Origin: Tubulanus polymorphus
Lineage: Eukaryota > Animalia > Nemertea
Length of the DNA: 64,000 nucleotides
Assembly: GCF_964204645.1 (NCBI RefSeq)
Contig: NC_134026.1
Span: forward strand, 19,130,150 to 19,194,149
Direction: 5' to 3'
The translations under genes were made by a program, and so were the position numbers. Numbering within the stretch: the stretch's first letter is position 1; each line of letters begins with the position of its first letter. A model generated the notes under the pieces. It saw only the letters and a program-made list of their open reading frames with translations, was not told where the DNA came from and ran no database searches. This document shows positions 40,901-52,900 of the stretch, piece after piece.

Positions 40901-43900
40901 CTCATACTTCTGCTGTTGCTTCGACATAAATTCATGGCTGTAACAGACTACAAATCAATGAAAGAGGTAAAAAGATTTTCTGATGTGACTTCCTGGAATA
41001 TTTTATTGTAGTGTACGTAAACTTAATTATATCAGCGATATGGCTCTTCGGACAATAGCCCTTGAAATTAACTCCATGGATGTGTATCAAATTAGATTTT
41101 CTGTTCAATACCCTATTCTGGCATGGCCTTAGGCTTCTTTGTTGAAAGGATACCCTCCTTGGGGTTTCTTTTTGTCCTTTTTCTTCACTACATCTTATAT
41201 TGTAAAAATACATTCGTGTAACTTTTTCCACTTATGTAATTTTCATGCGACTGCGTTCGTCATATTGTACTTATAAGAAACAAACCTATATTCATAATCA
41301 TAATCAGTGATACAGAACCCTGAAGAATAGCCCAAAAACATTACCATCATGATTTAAAATGAATGATGAATTCTTGAAAAATGAATGTAGTCTTATATCA
41401 ATAACTCATTCGAGATATTGATTTAGAAAGGAGACAATGAGATGAGGGATGATCTCTACGATGACTATGATCTCTAGGGTGAGATCGAAACGTCGTGTCT
41501 TATATATATTTTAGATTGAATAAATAAATTCTTGTTTTTAAATTCTTTTAATCTGTAAATAGTGGGTTTTTATCTTATTAATGAGGTGAGGCTTCTTTTG
41601 GTTCTTGAGTGTTATGGAGCCAGAGATGAAGTTCCTAGAATTATAAGGGATATCTGTAGAAAATCAATGAAAATGTAGCTAAAACTGATGAAACCGGGAA
41701 TATAATCACTTCCATTTGAATATAGGTCTTCTTCAATGCTCCATGTAAGCTGTATACGGCTGACATACAAAGAGCGTGGGTGTTTGTAGAACGAGGTGGT
41801 GATCCAGCAGACGTGCCGTACATGAGTCGGCAAAGACCAGTGTAAGTTGAATTCAGAGTTAATAGTTATAGATTTTAGAGCTATAGAACTGACAATTATG
41901 ATTTGAGTTGATAGTTAAGCTATAGATCATCTGTAAATGAACTGTTGTTCCATATTTATATCAACAAGTAACTTCAGTTATTAGTCTAGCGTGGTTATTC
42001 AGAAGTCTACTTGCCATTAGAAAACACTTTCACCCTTAGTACATGAGTCTACACCACCAGTTTTATGCCTTAAAGATGTACATGTACATTGACCAGAGCT
42101 AGCCTGTTTTTAATTAGCGTGTACTAAGATCTCAGTTCGACAACGAAATATATGAATGTTAATTCATCGAAATTATACAGTATGGACGCATGTAAATGCA
42201 TTTTAAAGAATGATGAATATATGAAATATTTAGTGAAATGCATGTTCCTGAATGAAGCCATTTTATCCCAAAAATAGCATAATTTCTCCTTGGGCGTTAA
42301 AGTGTAAATTGTAAACTTTCATTTTAGCACTCCTCCACCCTCGCCACCGCCAACCCCTGAACATGTCCATGAACCTGATGTTTTACCACCAATTCATTTG
42401 AAAAATATCAAAATCAAGCTCCATTTAACAGAACAATCCAAAACTAAGGTAGGTTTGACCATATACCGGTATCGAGGAGTATCATTTGACATAAGCCATC
42501 TGGTGCAAAGATTTCAGACTTAGCATAGATTTTGTGAAGTAACATGATAAATTTTCCCTTGTCTATCTAAGAAAATATCATTGTAGTGACCTCCAATAGT
42601 CACAATAGCTTTTTCATTTTCATGCTAGTTTTTTCAATCAGTCAATACGATGTTTCATTGTAACTAGCTGCTTCATCGGTCTTTGCCTGTTTGCATTGCA
42701 CTACAAATTGGATCTGATCAGACCTGGATTTAAATCAAAATTTCTGGCAAAAAAATTTTTGGACCATTGAAAAAAACTTATACTGCGAGCCAAAATCTCC
42801 AGCCATATGTCAAGAGTGTACGGGTTAACGTAAATATCTCAAAGATTATATACTCATGAGGCAATTTGAGTTTGAATGTCTGGCAGTGCAAATGAGCCTT
42901 TTATTCGAATTGATTTTTAATCGCTTTTCAAATGACTTGATCACCATTTGAAACATTCTTTTCAGAATCCGTGGCTCTCGCAGTTAGATCCAGGACGTCT
43001 GAAAGTTCTCTGTTCAGTCTATTACGGCAGCGTGAAACTGACATCGAAGTTATCGCGAACTGCGGCAAATCTAGCAACGTCCGAGCAAAAGCCCGATGGC
43101 GGTTCAATTCTCAATTTGAACCTCGACGAAGAATGCTACGATTTTGAAGATATCGACATCGGCCGTTATGACGCTGAAAGGGAGCTCGGCGCTTACCCGT
43201 ATGCTGTTTTACGCGTCGATTATATTTTGTTCACTGACATTCAGCGTGAGAATTCGTCGTCACCTTCAGCACGGCAGCCGGTAAATCTTGGCTGGGCAAA
43301 GGTGCCATTATTCCGCAAACAGGGCGTGCTTTCCCAGCCTGAAAACCAACCGCAAAATCAACCGGATGCGACACGTGAACTCGAAAATGGTAATACGAAG
43401 GGTTCGAAAAAGAACGTTGCCCCTAAAAAAGCTACCGGAAAACAGGCAAAAAAAGATAAGGCAAAGCAAACGAAGGAAGACGATAAAGAACCCGTTGCGC
43501 CTGAATCCGTTAAAGAAGAAACGGCAGAGCCGAAGAAAGATGGTATGGAAATATATGATATACCTTACTACAATATATGATATACCTTACTACATGTACA
43601 ATCACTGAATTCGAATCTTTCTATGATATGTGTATGAAGTATTATCTTATAGGAATGGATTAAAACGCATCGTCTATCATTTACGGTATTTATTTCCACT
43701 CAATTTTTAGATTCTGAACTTCCATGGGTAGCGTCCATTGGCGAAAAGGTCTATTCCTTATATCCTGGCACACTGACTGATATAACTGGTCGTGTGTCTC
43801 CTCCAGCTGCGGAACCAAGTGATGATGGTACAGTTCAAATCAAATTTTGTGATTTCCTATTTTGTTAACATATCTTTAACTCAGACTGTGCTTACCTCCG

Positions 43901-46900
43901 ACCTTTTATGCCAGTCCTAGTTAGTACTGAAGGTGTACTTTACACGTATTATATATCGGTTTTAATCATCTACTTGTAAAATTCTTATGAAATTCTAAAA
44001 CATTTCAAAACTGAATGAACGAATACATTTATCTTACAGATAAAATGAAGTAGAAATAATTTGCTTTCGTTGCAGATATGATAGCAACTGGTTCAGAAAT
44101 TAATGTTCTAGTGTTCGAACCACACGTAGATGCTGAAGACAAAAAGGAGACGCCGACTCCAGAACCCAAACCAGAACCTGAACCTGAACCAGAAACTGTA
44201 AGGTAAATAATGATGATATTTACTTTTATCCATACTTGAAAATTACCTAAGTTACTCCATTGGAATGCCATTGATTAACCGGTATACTGATTTTAGATCC
44301 ATATCTTTATCGTACACATGTCGATATTTCTCCAGCATAGCGAATAAATCGGGTTTGCCCAATGACTCTGACACTTTATGTTGAGTCCAGTGTCCTCTAA
44401 CCATTGGAGGTTTGTTTGTGTCATTGGATTTGCCGTAGCACCCAAAGCACCCTCTTGATCAGCATCTGAGACTTATACATGTAGTCGCTTAGGTGCTTCC
44501 AGGGTTAAAAGTTACAGAAAAGATTTTGATCATTTGAAATAATGCGAATAAGGTATTGAAAAATAAAAACAAAAGATATAACAGACAACTATTTCCAAAT
44601 GCCATGCCTACAGTGCCGGTATTCTCCCAAATACTCCCAAAAATATTGAAATACTTTCAAAATCAGAATAATTTCTAGTTCATTTGCGATGAAACTACTA
44701 TTTCTGATGTCGAAGTACATGTACTCTATTACATGTGCTACAACTGGAGATAACAGAACAGTCTGGTCTGCAAATATCTTGTGACCATGTTATTGTGTTA
44801 ATTTTATAGAGATGACTCGACACCAATCAGTGAACATTGGGTTAAATTCGATGAAGAAGCTGCAAAGGATGACGTTAAAGGAGTCGACGTCAACCAAACG
44901 TTCGATATCTATATCGACTATGCCCGATTCCTACCTGATAACGCCAGTATCTGCAAGGTAAAGAAAAACACCAGGGGTATCACGAGGATTTTCTTTTAGA
45001 GTTGTTTTTGGTTTACCTTTGTCAGCGATATGATGTTGGCATTGAGCCAATTCATGTAAAATCGCGGTACGTTTTTTTATGTGAGCATTTGTTTCATTGG
45101 TTCTCGGCTTAAAAGACGTATAATCGATGCGATTGAAGACATGGCGAACCTCCGTCGATGACATGGTCAACTGAGTTAAAATTCTACGAAAAACTGTTTT
45201 TGGCGGGAAAATTCTTAGCTCTCGCGTATAAAATTGCAATGACCTCGATTGGGGGGGCGTTGTCTCTACGAACAAATGGGATTGTTTTTTGGATATACGG
45301 GGAATTCCGGCGCTACTAAAATTATGGGAAAGCCATAGAATGGTGTACGTTTCATTGGACTAGGTGCCGTATACGTGCCGATTTCAAATGCTCATTGCTG
45401 GTGAGGATGTAATTATTTCACTCATCTGCCATAGGTATTGTTTCATTTTAATACCCGGTGATTGTTTTGATTGACATTGAGGTGTAAGCGAATATTCACT
45501 TACACGAGGCCTCCACATGCACGCGGAGTGCTACACCACACACACACACACACACACAAGCTCGTACAGTACACTACGGTGATGCTGTAACGCGTGAACG
45601 TTTGATATGAAAATAGGCTGAATAATCATAGCAGAAGATGAGCGCTGTGTTTTCTGTTCGATAGAATTTGTAATAAATTGTAATTTCTTGTGACCTGAAA
45701 ATACTAAGCAGCAAACTAAAAGGTCTGTCGAGGTCTGAATATTGTAGTGGTAAATTCCAGGACTTAAAACGATCTAATAGCCGATTTCTTCTGTACCACC
45801 GATATTTTAGCTTCCGTGGCCAACATTGGAAGAGGTTTCCAAGACCCAATATTCAGCCACCCTCTGATATGTGATGAATTTTAGGCCATCCCAAAATAAT
45901 GGTCTGTTTGCCGTAACCCGACCAACCTGACTTCAGAGGTACCGAGTGAAAACTTTTTTCTAGGATTCATTGAAATAAATTTTATTTTTGATAAAAACAG
46001 CCGACCGACTATGAGCTACGTATGTTTGAATTCTAGTGTGCATGGTGTGAAAACATGCCTTGACATGTGGCCTAGTTTAAGTTTCCAGGAAACTGGCAGT
46101 GTTCCAATAAGCTGCCATTCATTCTAATAGTGACTAAAGTGACTGAATAGCTGGTAACGTGAAAGCGCGCACATATTCAATGTACCGTTTCATTTTTAAG
46201 ACAGAGATGACGCTCTGGACGAAGTTATAATTTTAGAATAATTCTTGAAATCTACGCTATTAGACAAATTTCCTGTGCGCAACGTAGATGATTTTTTGCG
46301 ATATTGTTTCCATGTAAAAAAGCCCAAAGGTGAAAAATTTGTTTTTTTTTTGCCCAAAAATTTTGCAAAAAAAAAATTCTACCTACCTACCGACTCATCC
46401 TGAAAAGTTGAGTCGGTGTTGCAGCAAACAGACAATTATTTTGGGATGGCCTTATTTGAATATTTTTTCATATTATATTAAACATATTTTTTTGAAAATA
46501 TAAAATAGTTTCCCTGCCGTGCCTACCTGTACCCTACAAACTTTTAGACGTGGACCGCAAACAAATGTATATCTTTGGTCTTATTTGACTACAAAATAAT
46601 TCTTTAGGAAAGATAAAATACAATATAAACTGTGGATCTTTGAAGTCACGAATTAAAAAGATTTTTCAAGCAATGCCCTTACTCCAAACAACCTCTAGCT
46701 TTCAAGGTAAACCACACTTTGCCCATGGGCAATTTATTATGAATATGCGACTAAAACTATAACATTTACCTAGCGCCGTTGAACCATCCATTCCCGGTTG
46801 CCTAGCTAGATACCCTAATATCAGAAGCGATTGATCAATTTTACGTGACCAGTTAGATTAACATCGAATTACTCGCGTTTGTGCGGTCTCATCCGCAACG

Positions 46901-49900
46901 GAATGTACCAATTAAACCTGTACAAGTCTGCGCTTAGATATCGCATGATTATTTTCGTGCCATTATTTTAGGGGAACTGAAATTAGAAAAGGGTGTAGTG
47001 TCGCAGCCCTCTCTCCCCCACTAGTGATGCCCCTGATTTTAGATTTATCAGCCTTATCGAACGTCCTTTTATAGCCTAAAGAATTTTTCGAATGAATACA
47101 TCCAACAGTTCCACCGTGGTTCTGAAATAGATTCATATCGTAAATGAAATGACTTTCTTTTCCGATGATTTGACTAACAATTTTAACTAAGGACCTGGCA
47201 TGGCGAAAAATTGAAGATTGTAATCGGAAAATTTCAGTTCCGGTTGATGTAAAGCCGGGCGTAGGTCGGCCTTGCGACGCGACGCGATCGTCGCAGTGAG
47301 TCGCGTCGCAGTGAGTCGCAAGCCGTCGCAAGGCCGACCTACGCCCGCCTTTAACAATCTTCCGTCCAGCTTGAACTGGCAAGTGACTAGGGAACCATTT
47401 GTTTGCAACTTTTGTAGGTAACGGGACGATTACTGAGAACTGGCGAGGTCGAAAACATTCCCGATTTGGCGGCCTATCCGGAAATTCAGTCGTCGCCGAG
47501 AAATCCGATTTTCCACTATTGTTTCACGGTGAACCAGCTGAAAAAGAAAATGGATCCGAATGCTCTGCTTTTACTACGCTTATACACAGTACAGTCCGAC
47601 ACATCTGAGTTGGTTGTTATCGGTAGTTGTCTTCTGTCGCTTTATGATAGTGAGGTATTGTATATTCATTAGAGCATTGAACAAATCAGTGTAACCAATT
47701 TACTCAGGCTAAGATATTGAAAATGCTCTAATTTCAACTTTTTAAACTTGAATTTTTTTTTATTGAATTGGCGTCAAGATTGATTTAAGAGTGGCCTTTA
47801 ATTTTAAGACTGGTCTTAAGTAATGTAAGATTGCTTAAAGAACCAATATGGAGTTAGAAAACCACGTAGTCCTAAATCTAAAAAGCTTAAGACTGTCCCT
47901 GGAATGTCATGTAATAAGCTAATTTAGTTAGGTGACTGTAGTGATAAATGGGCAGCACCTTATTTCCAAACAAATTAATCTAGTTGAAGTTTATATGATT
48001 GTAGAATGATGATCAGACATTGTATGATTTGACGTTGACATAAGTTATCATGACTTGAAGTTGATAGATGGATTTCGATTTCAGAGTAAGCTTCGCGTCG
48101 GAGGATATCAGTTACCACTTCATCCAGCGATGCCTGACCTGAAGAAAGGAATGGAAGCAATTGTTGAAACAGATCTCGATTCATCGACCAGAATTCCAGC
48201 TGTATCTCTATGTTTCAGAGTACTTCCCAGTGGAGCTGTAAGTTGTGAAATTTTAGGCTGATAATGAATGTGTTTAATCTTTAGCTCAGTGGATAGCAAG
48301 CTTATGCAGCCGCGTGCTTAGGCATTAGTGCCTAAACGAAACCTTATGCATCTCCAGATTCTCCTGATTGACGAATAAAACTGATTTTTAGCCCACCTGG
48401 GACTTTCACAATGGGCATTATGTTTACTTTTTGTCCGTCCAATCCTCCATCTGTAGACGGTTTTTGGACACTTCATTGGATTGTTTTGAGACTTTGTGTA
48501 CACATGTATCTTCCCTGGACATATATGCAGCCCAGAAACTGGGCTGATTCAAATCAAGGTGGTTGACTAGTTGTAGACCATTATTTTTTGCCATAATCAT
48601 CACTTTTTACACATTTTTGAAAAGTTCGAAATTTTGAAGAAACTTCAAGATGTAAGACGGCTGTAATTCTCCTACCTACCGGTTGTTTATATTTCTGGCT
48701 GAACGATTGTTCTTGATTCCTTTTCTCCTTCCCACATTCAGCATTACCAAGACTTACTCGAACGTCTTAAGAATATCATTCCTGGTAATGACCAATTCAT
48801 ATCCTTTGATGTAACCTCCCTCTTTACTAATATTCCTCTTGTGCCTATTCTTGATTACTTGAAATGTAGATTATCCTCACTTCATATAAACATCAGCATT
48901 CTTACTGCTTGTATCATTGTTCTCATTTCGATTTGTACTACTGACACCTTTCCGAAGTTAACACCAATTATCATGAGCAAATATTTGGTTTTGCTATGGG
49001 AGGGACATGTTCGTAATACCTCTGCCAAAAATACCTCAACCCAAAATCTTGCACACAGAATCCCTCCACCCAAAATACCCTCATTTGTATCCAAGATCCC
49101 TCCTCCATCAGGGTAGTTCTGTAAAACTAGCCTCAATAATTGTCACAAAATAGTTTCTACTTAATTCTTCAGGGTTTTGTGTCGGCACCTGTCTACAGTA
49201 ACGGCTACTATCGCTCTGAGAAATGTAAGCCAACCAAATCTGAATGGAGAATATTTGAGGCTTTCACCACTGACACTGATCATCCGGATGATTTTATACA
49301 AATGACAAAAAAACTGAAAAGCAAAGAGAAAGACGATTCAGGTAGTGAAATTGAAGCACTTTCATGTTCTTTCTGTAATTGGATATTTTTCATTTATGCC
49401 CTTTGAATTTAATGGGTTATTCCCAATTTCTAAGATTTCGCAATAAGGAACCCTCCCAAAAAGGTGGCTACATTTACTGAATGCCTTAACAACATCATTT
49501 TCTATTTAATTCTTATGAATTAATTAAACCCCTGTCAATTTTAACACTATATTTTCTAGAAGGCCTTTCTTATCTTGGGGAGCATTCTAAAGTATATTAA
49601 GCATGTACAAATTAATCAGTATCTCCCACTACTTAAGTATCTACTGTAAATTTTTCTGGTACCCTGATCTCCCTGTAAAGTATTTGTACATGTCTCATTA
49701 ACCCTTTCAGTGCGCCATATAAATTGGTTATGACTTAACTAGTACACCGCTTTGTGGTGTATTGCTATTATCAGTAATTAGTTTTATCTGTTGAAAGATG
49801 GCAGCACCTGTCAAACAGTGATATATTAGTAACTAACGATACACGGCACTGTAGTGTAGACGCACTAAAGTGGTATGCCCATTATTCAACACACTGGAGT

Positions 49901-52900
49901 GGAATTTGAGAAAACTTTCAAACTATTTCTAGCACTTTCGAGTATTAATTAGTCAGCACTGAAAGATGAAAAACGTTCCCCAAAGAGGGAACGCACTGGG
50001 TAATTAGTTGATTTTCCCATTAATGCTGTGATAAATTGGTCATAGCCTCATTTATTTAGATTCATGCTATTGGTTTTTCAGAAACTAATGCAAATACAAC
50101 GAACGCATACTTGAAACGGCGATTGGATCAGAAGAGACACCTTCCCTTGCTCACGCCAGCTCATCATATTTACATCAGTCACTGTGTGAAGTATCGCTGC
50201 CGCATTGGACTGAAAATTCATATTAAGCAGGCATTCGGATTACAAGGTAAATATGGAAAACGTCTTGTTATTCCTTAGTATATGTACTCATAGTATGCTG
50301 CTAAACGTTGAAGATATGTCATATTGACCTAGCATAGGCGAAAATGACAAAAGCAGTGATAACTGGTTCCATGCATAGCTGCAGCCTTGGTGTTCAAACT
50401 CTCAGTACTCAGACATGATATGATAGGGCTAACGGACATAGCACTAGCAGTCAGGAATGTTTTGATATGGCAAATGAACACTGTATAGTGCTAACAGTCG
50501 GTAATCAGTTATGTTTTGATATGGCAAATTAACACTGTAGCACTAGTAGTCGGTACTCAGTAATGTTTTGATATGGTATGTGAACGCTGTGGCGCTAGCA
50601 GTCGGTACTCAAGCTTGATATAAAAGGGCGAACGAACACTGTAGCACTAGTAGTCAGTACTCAGGAATGTTTTAATATGGCAAATGAACACTGGTGCTAG
50701 CAGTCAGTACTCGGGCATGTTAAAATAGGGCAAATGAACACTGTACCACTAGTAGTCAGAACTCAGGAATGGTTTGATATGGCAAATTAACACTGGTGCT
50801 AGCAGTCTGTACTCAAGCATGATAAAATAGGGCAAACGAACACTGTAGGACTAGCAGTCAGTACTCAGTAATGTTTTGATATGGTATGTGAACGCTGTGG
50901 TGCTAGCAGTCGGTACTCAAGCATGATATAATAGGGCAAACAAACACTGTAGCACAAGCAGTCAGTACTCTGGAGTGTTTTAATATGGCATGTGAAGACT
51001 GTGGTGCTAATAGTCATACATATTGAGTTCAATTTCTTGCATATCTTCCTGCTTAAAATCAAGAAGCTTAAAATGCTGAAAATGGGTATCTCAATACCTC
51101 AAAAAAATTTCAGGGGTTTGGCAGCTCTGGGTATGATAACTGGCACTGCAGCCATGCACGTTTTTATTTACCTCATATATTGGTCAATAACTTATAGTTT
51201 AGAAATGATTCGGTCAATTACTTTTTAATGACTGCCGATTTCAATTTGACTTTAATATCAAATTAATCAATGCGACTAAGAAGAATATAACAAAAAAAAT
51301 AATTTGGGCCTGGAACTCCCGACCTCTTGGCTAGATGACGATTGTCCTGACGCAGCACTTAAAGCCCCATGTCAAAAAGTACTGGGTATTTGGTTTGCTC
51401 TAACAGTAATAACAATGCCCACATGCAATGTACGTAGAATTGGTTTTTGTTAAAGAAAAATGATTCCTGACAATGCTTTCTCGACCGATAACATATTCGA
51501 AGATCATTTGAAAGGTCTTTTAATGGTGTCAATTTCTATTGCTGATAGAAGATACTTTGCTCTTATAGGCTAGAAGTAATGAGAGGTGAAAAACTAAATT
51601 TACCAACCATTTGATTACTAATCCCTTGTGCTCCCGATAGAACCGTTGTGAGAGCTTGTCCTCAGTAGACACCCAAATTTATGTAATATCAAACATTCCT
51701 AGTTTTAAATGTTGTCACGTGAAAAAGTACACTACCATATGGCCTGTATTATCAGTACAAGCTACACTCGGACACATTTTACTGAAATAACTAGACTTAG
51801 TACATAGGTACTAGATGGACCAAATTCATTTTATGTTTGGATATTGGCAGAGCCATCCTCCTCCTCCTTTGGCATATAAGCTGCGTTCACACTAGGATTT
51901 CAGTACGGTACTTAGCGTTCACACTTGGAAATTATTCGAGGGCTTATTCAGTTCTGTACTGAAATACGCGGCTTATTAAGTGCGGAATGCGCCGAAAACC
52001 CGATCTCAGTACGAAACTGAGATGGCCGCGTATTTTCACAATACACTCAACACTAATTACACTCCCCTCTATCAGCAGACCGGGTGACTACTATGCTGGG
52101 CTTAATAATTGCTGAATTGTCGACTTGTAGTGTGAACGTAACTGGCTGTGTAAGCGCCGTATTTTGGTGAATTCGGCACCAGTGAAGTACTGTAATTCAT
52201 AAGCGCCATATCTAGTGTGAACGCGGCTATAAATGACGTAACAAACAGAAGATCTGCAGGCAATGTCCTACTATATTTGTACCCACAATTAATTATATTC
52301 CTACCCACAACAGTACTTTATTTCTTGATGGTGTTTTTAGCCGATAATGACTTGAAAATAGGATGGACCGTACATGGACAGATAGACTGTTCTGTCAGAA
52401 TTAAGATGCTGTTATATATATAGATATATAGATGCATATAGATGCTGTTTGTAGTCAAATTTGATAGGACATAGATGTTATGACTGTCACTGGTTGGAAA
52501 GGGGAAAGAAAAACATAATGATCACGAGAATAACAATAGGGTTTTCTGCGAAGTAGCGTGAATGCTGTCGATGTTTCTAAGTCCCTAAAATACATAGTTC
52601 CGTAAGTGAAAAATAAGTATGGTCGTCTATAAGTAAGAACATTTTCCAGAAACTGAACACGCTTATATTTATGCGGAAATCATCCAAAAACCGAAAGCAG
52701 ACGCCGCCGCCAAACAACTGAATGTACGAACTTCCAAAGCAACGATAAAATCGTCTCCAGAGGATCATCGAATCGTCGTTAGTAAACTGGATCCAACCAG
52801 TTCAATGAAATCTCCGAAATACCAAGATGAACCAGTGGTAAGCGGGTGAATTTTTTCGTTAGTCTGATTCAAACATACTTTGATTTTATAGCTTAGTTTA

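Noticed and set aside
50400-51015. Possible CRISPR-like array
   Set aside because: Units are contiguous diverged tandem copies with no unique spacers, there are no cas genes, and the context is a eukaryotic intron.
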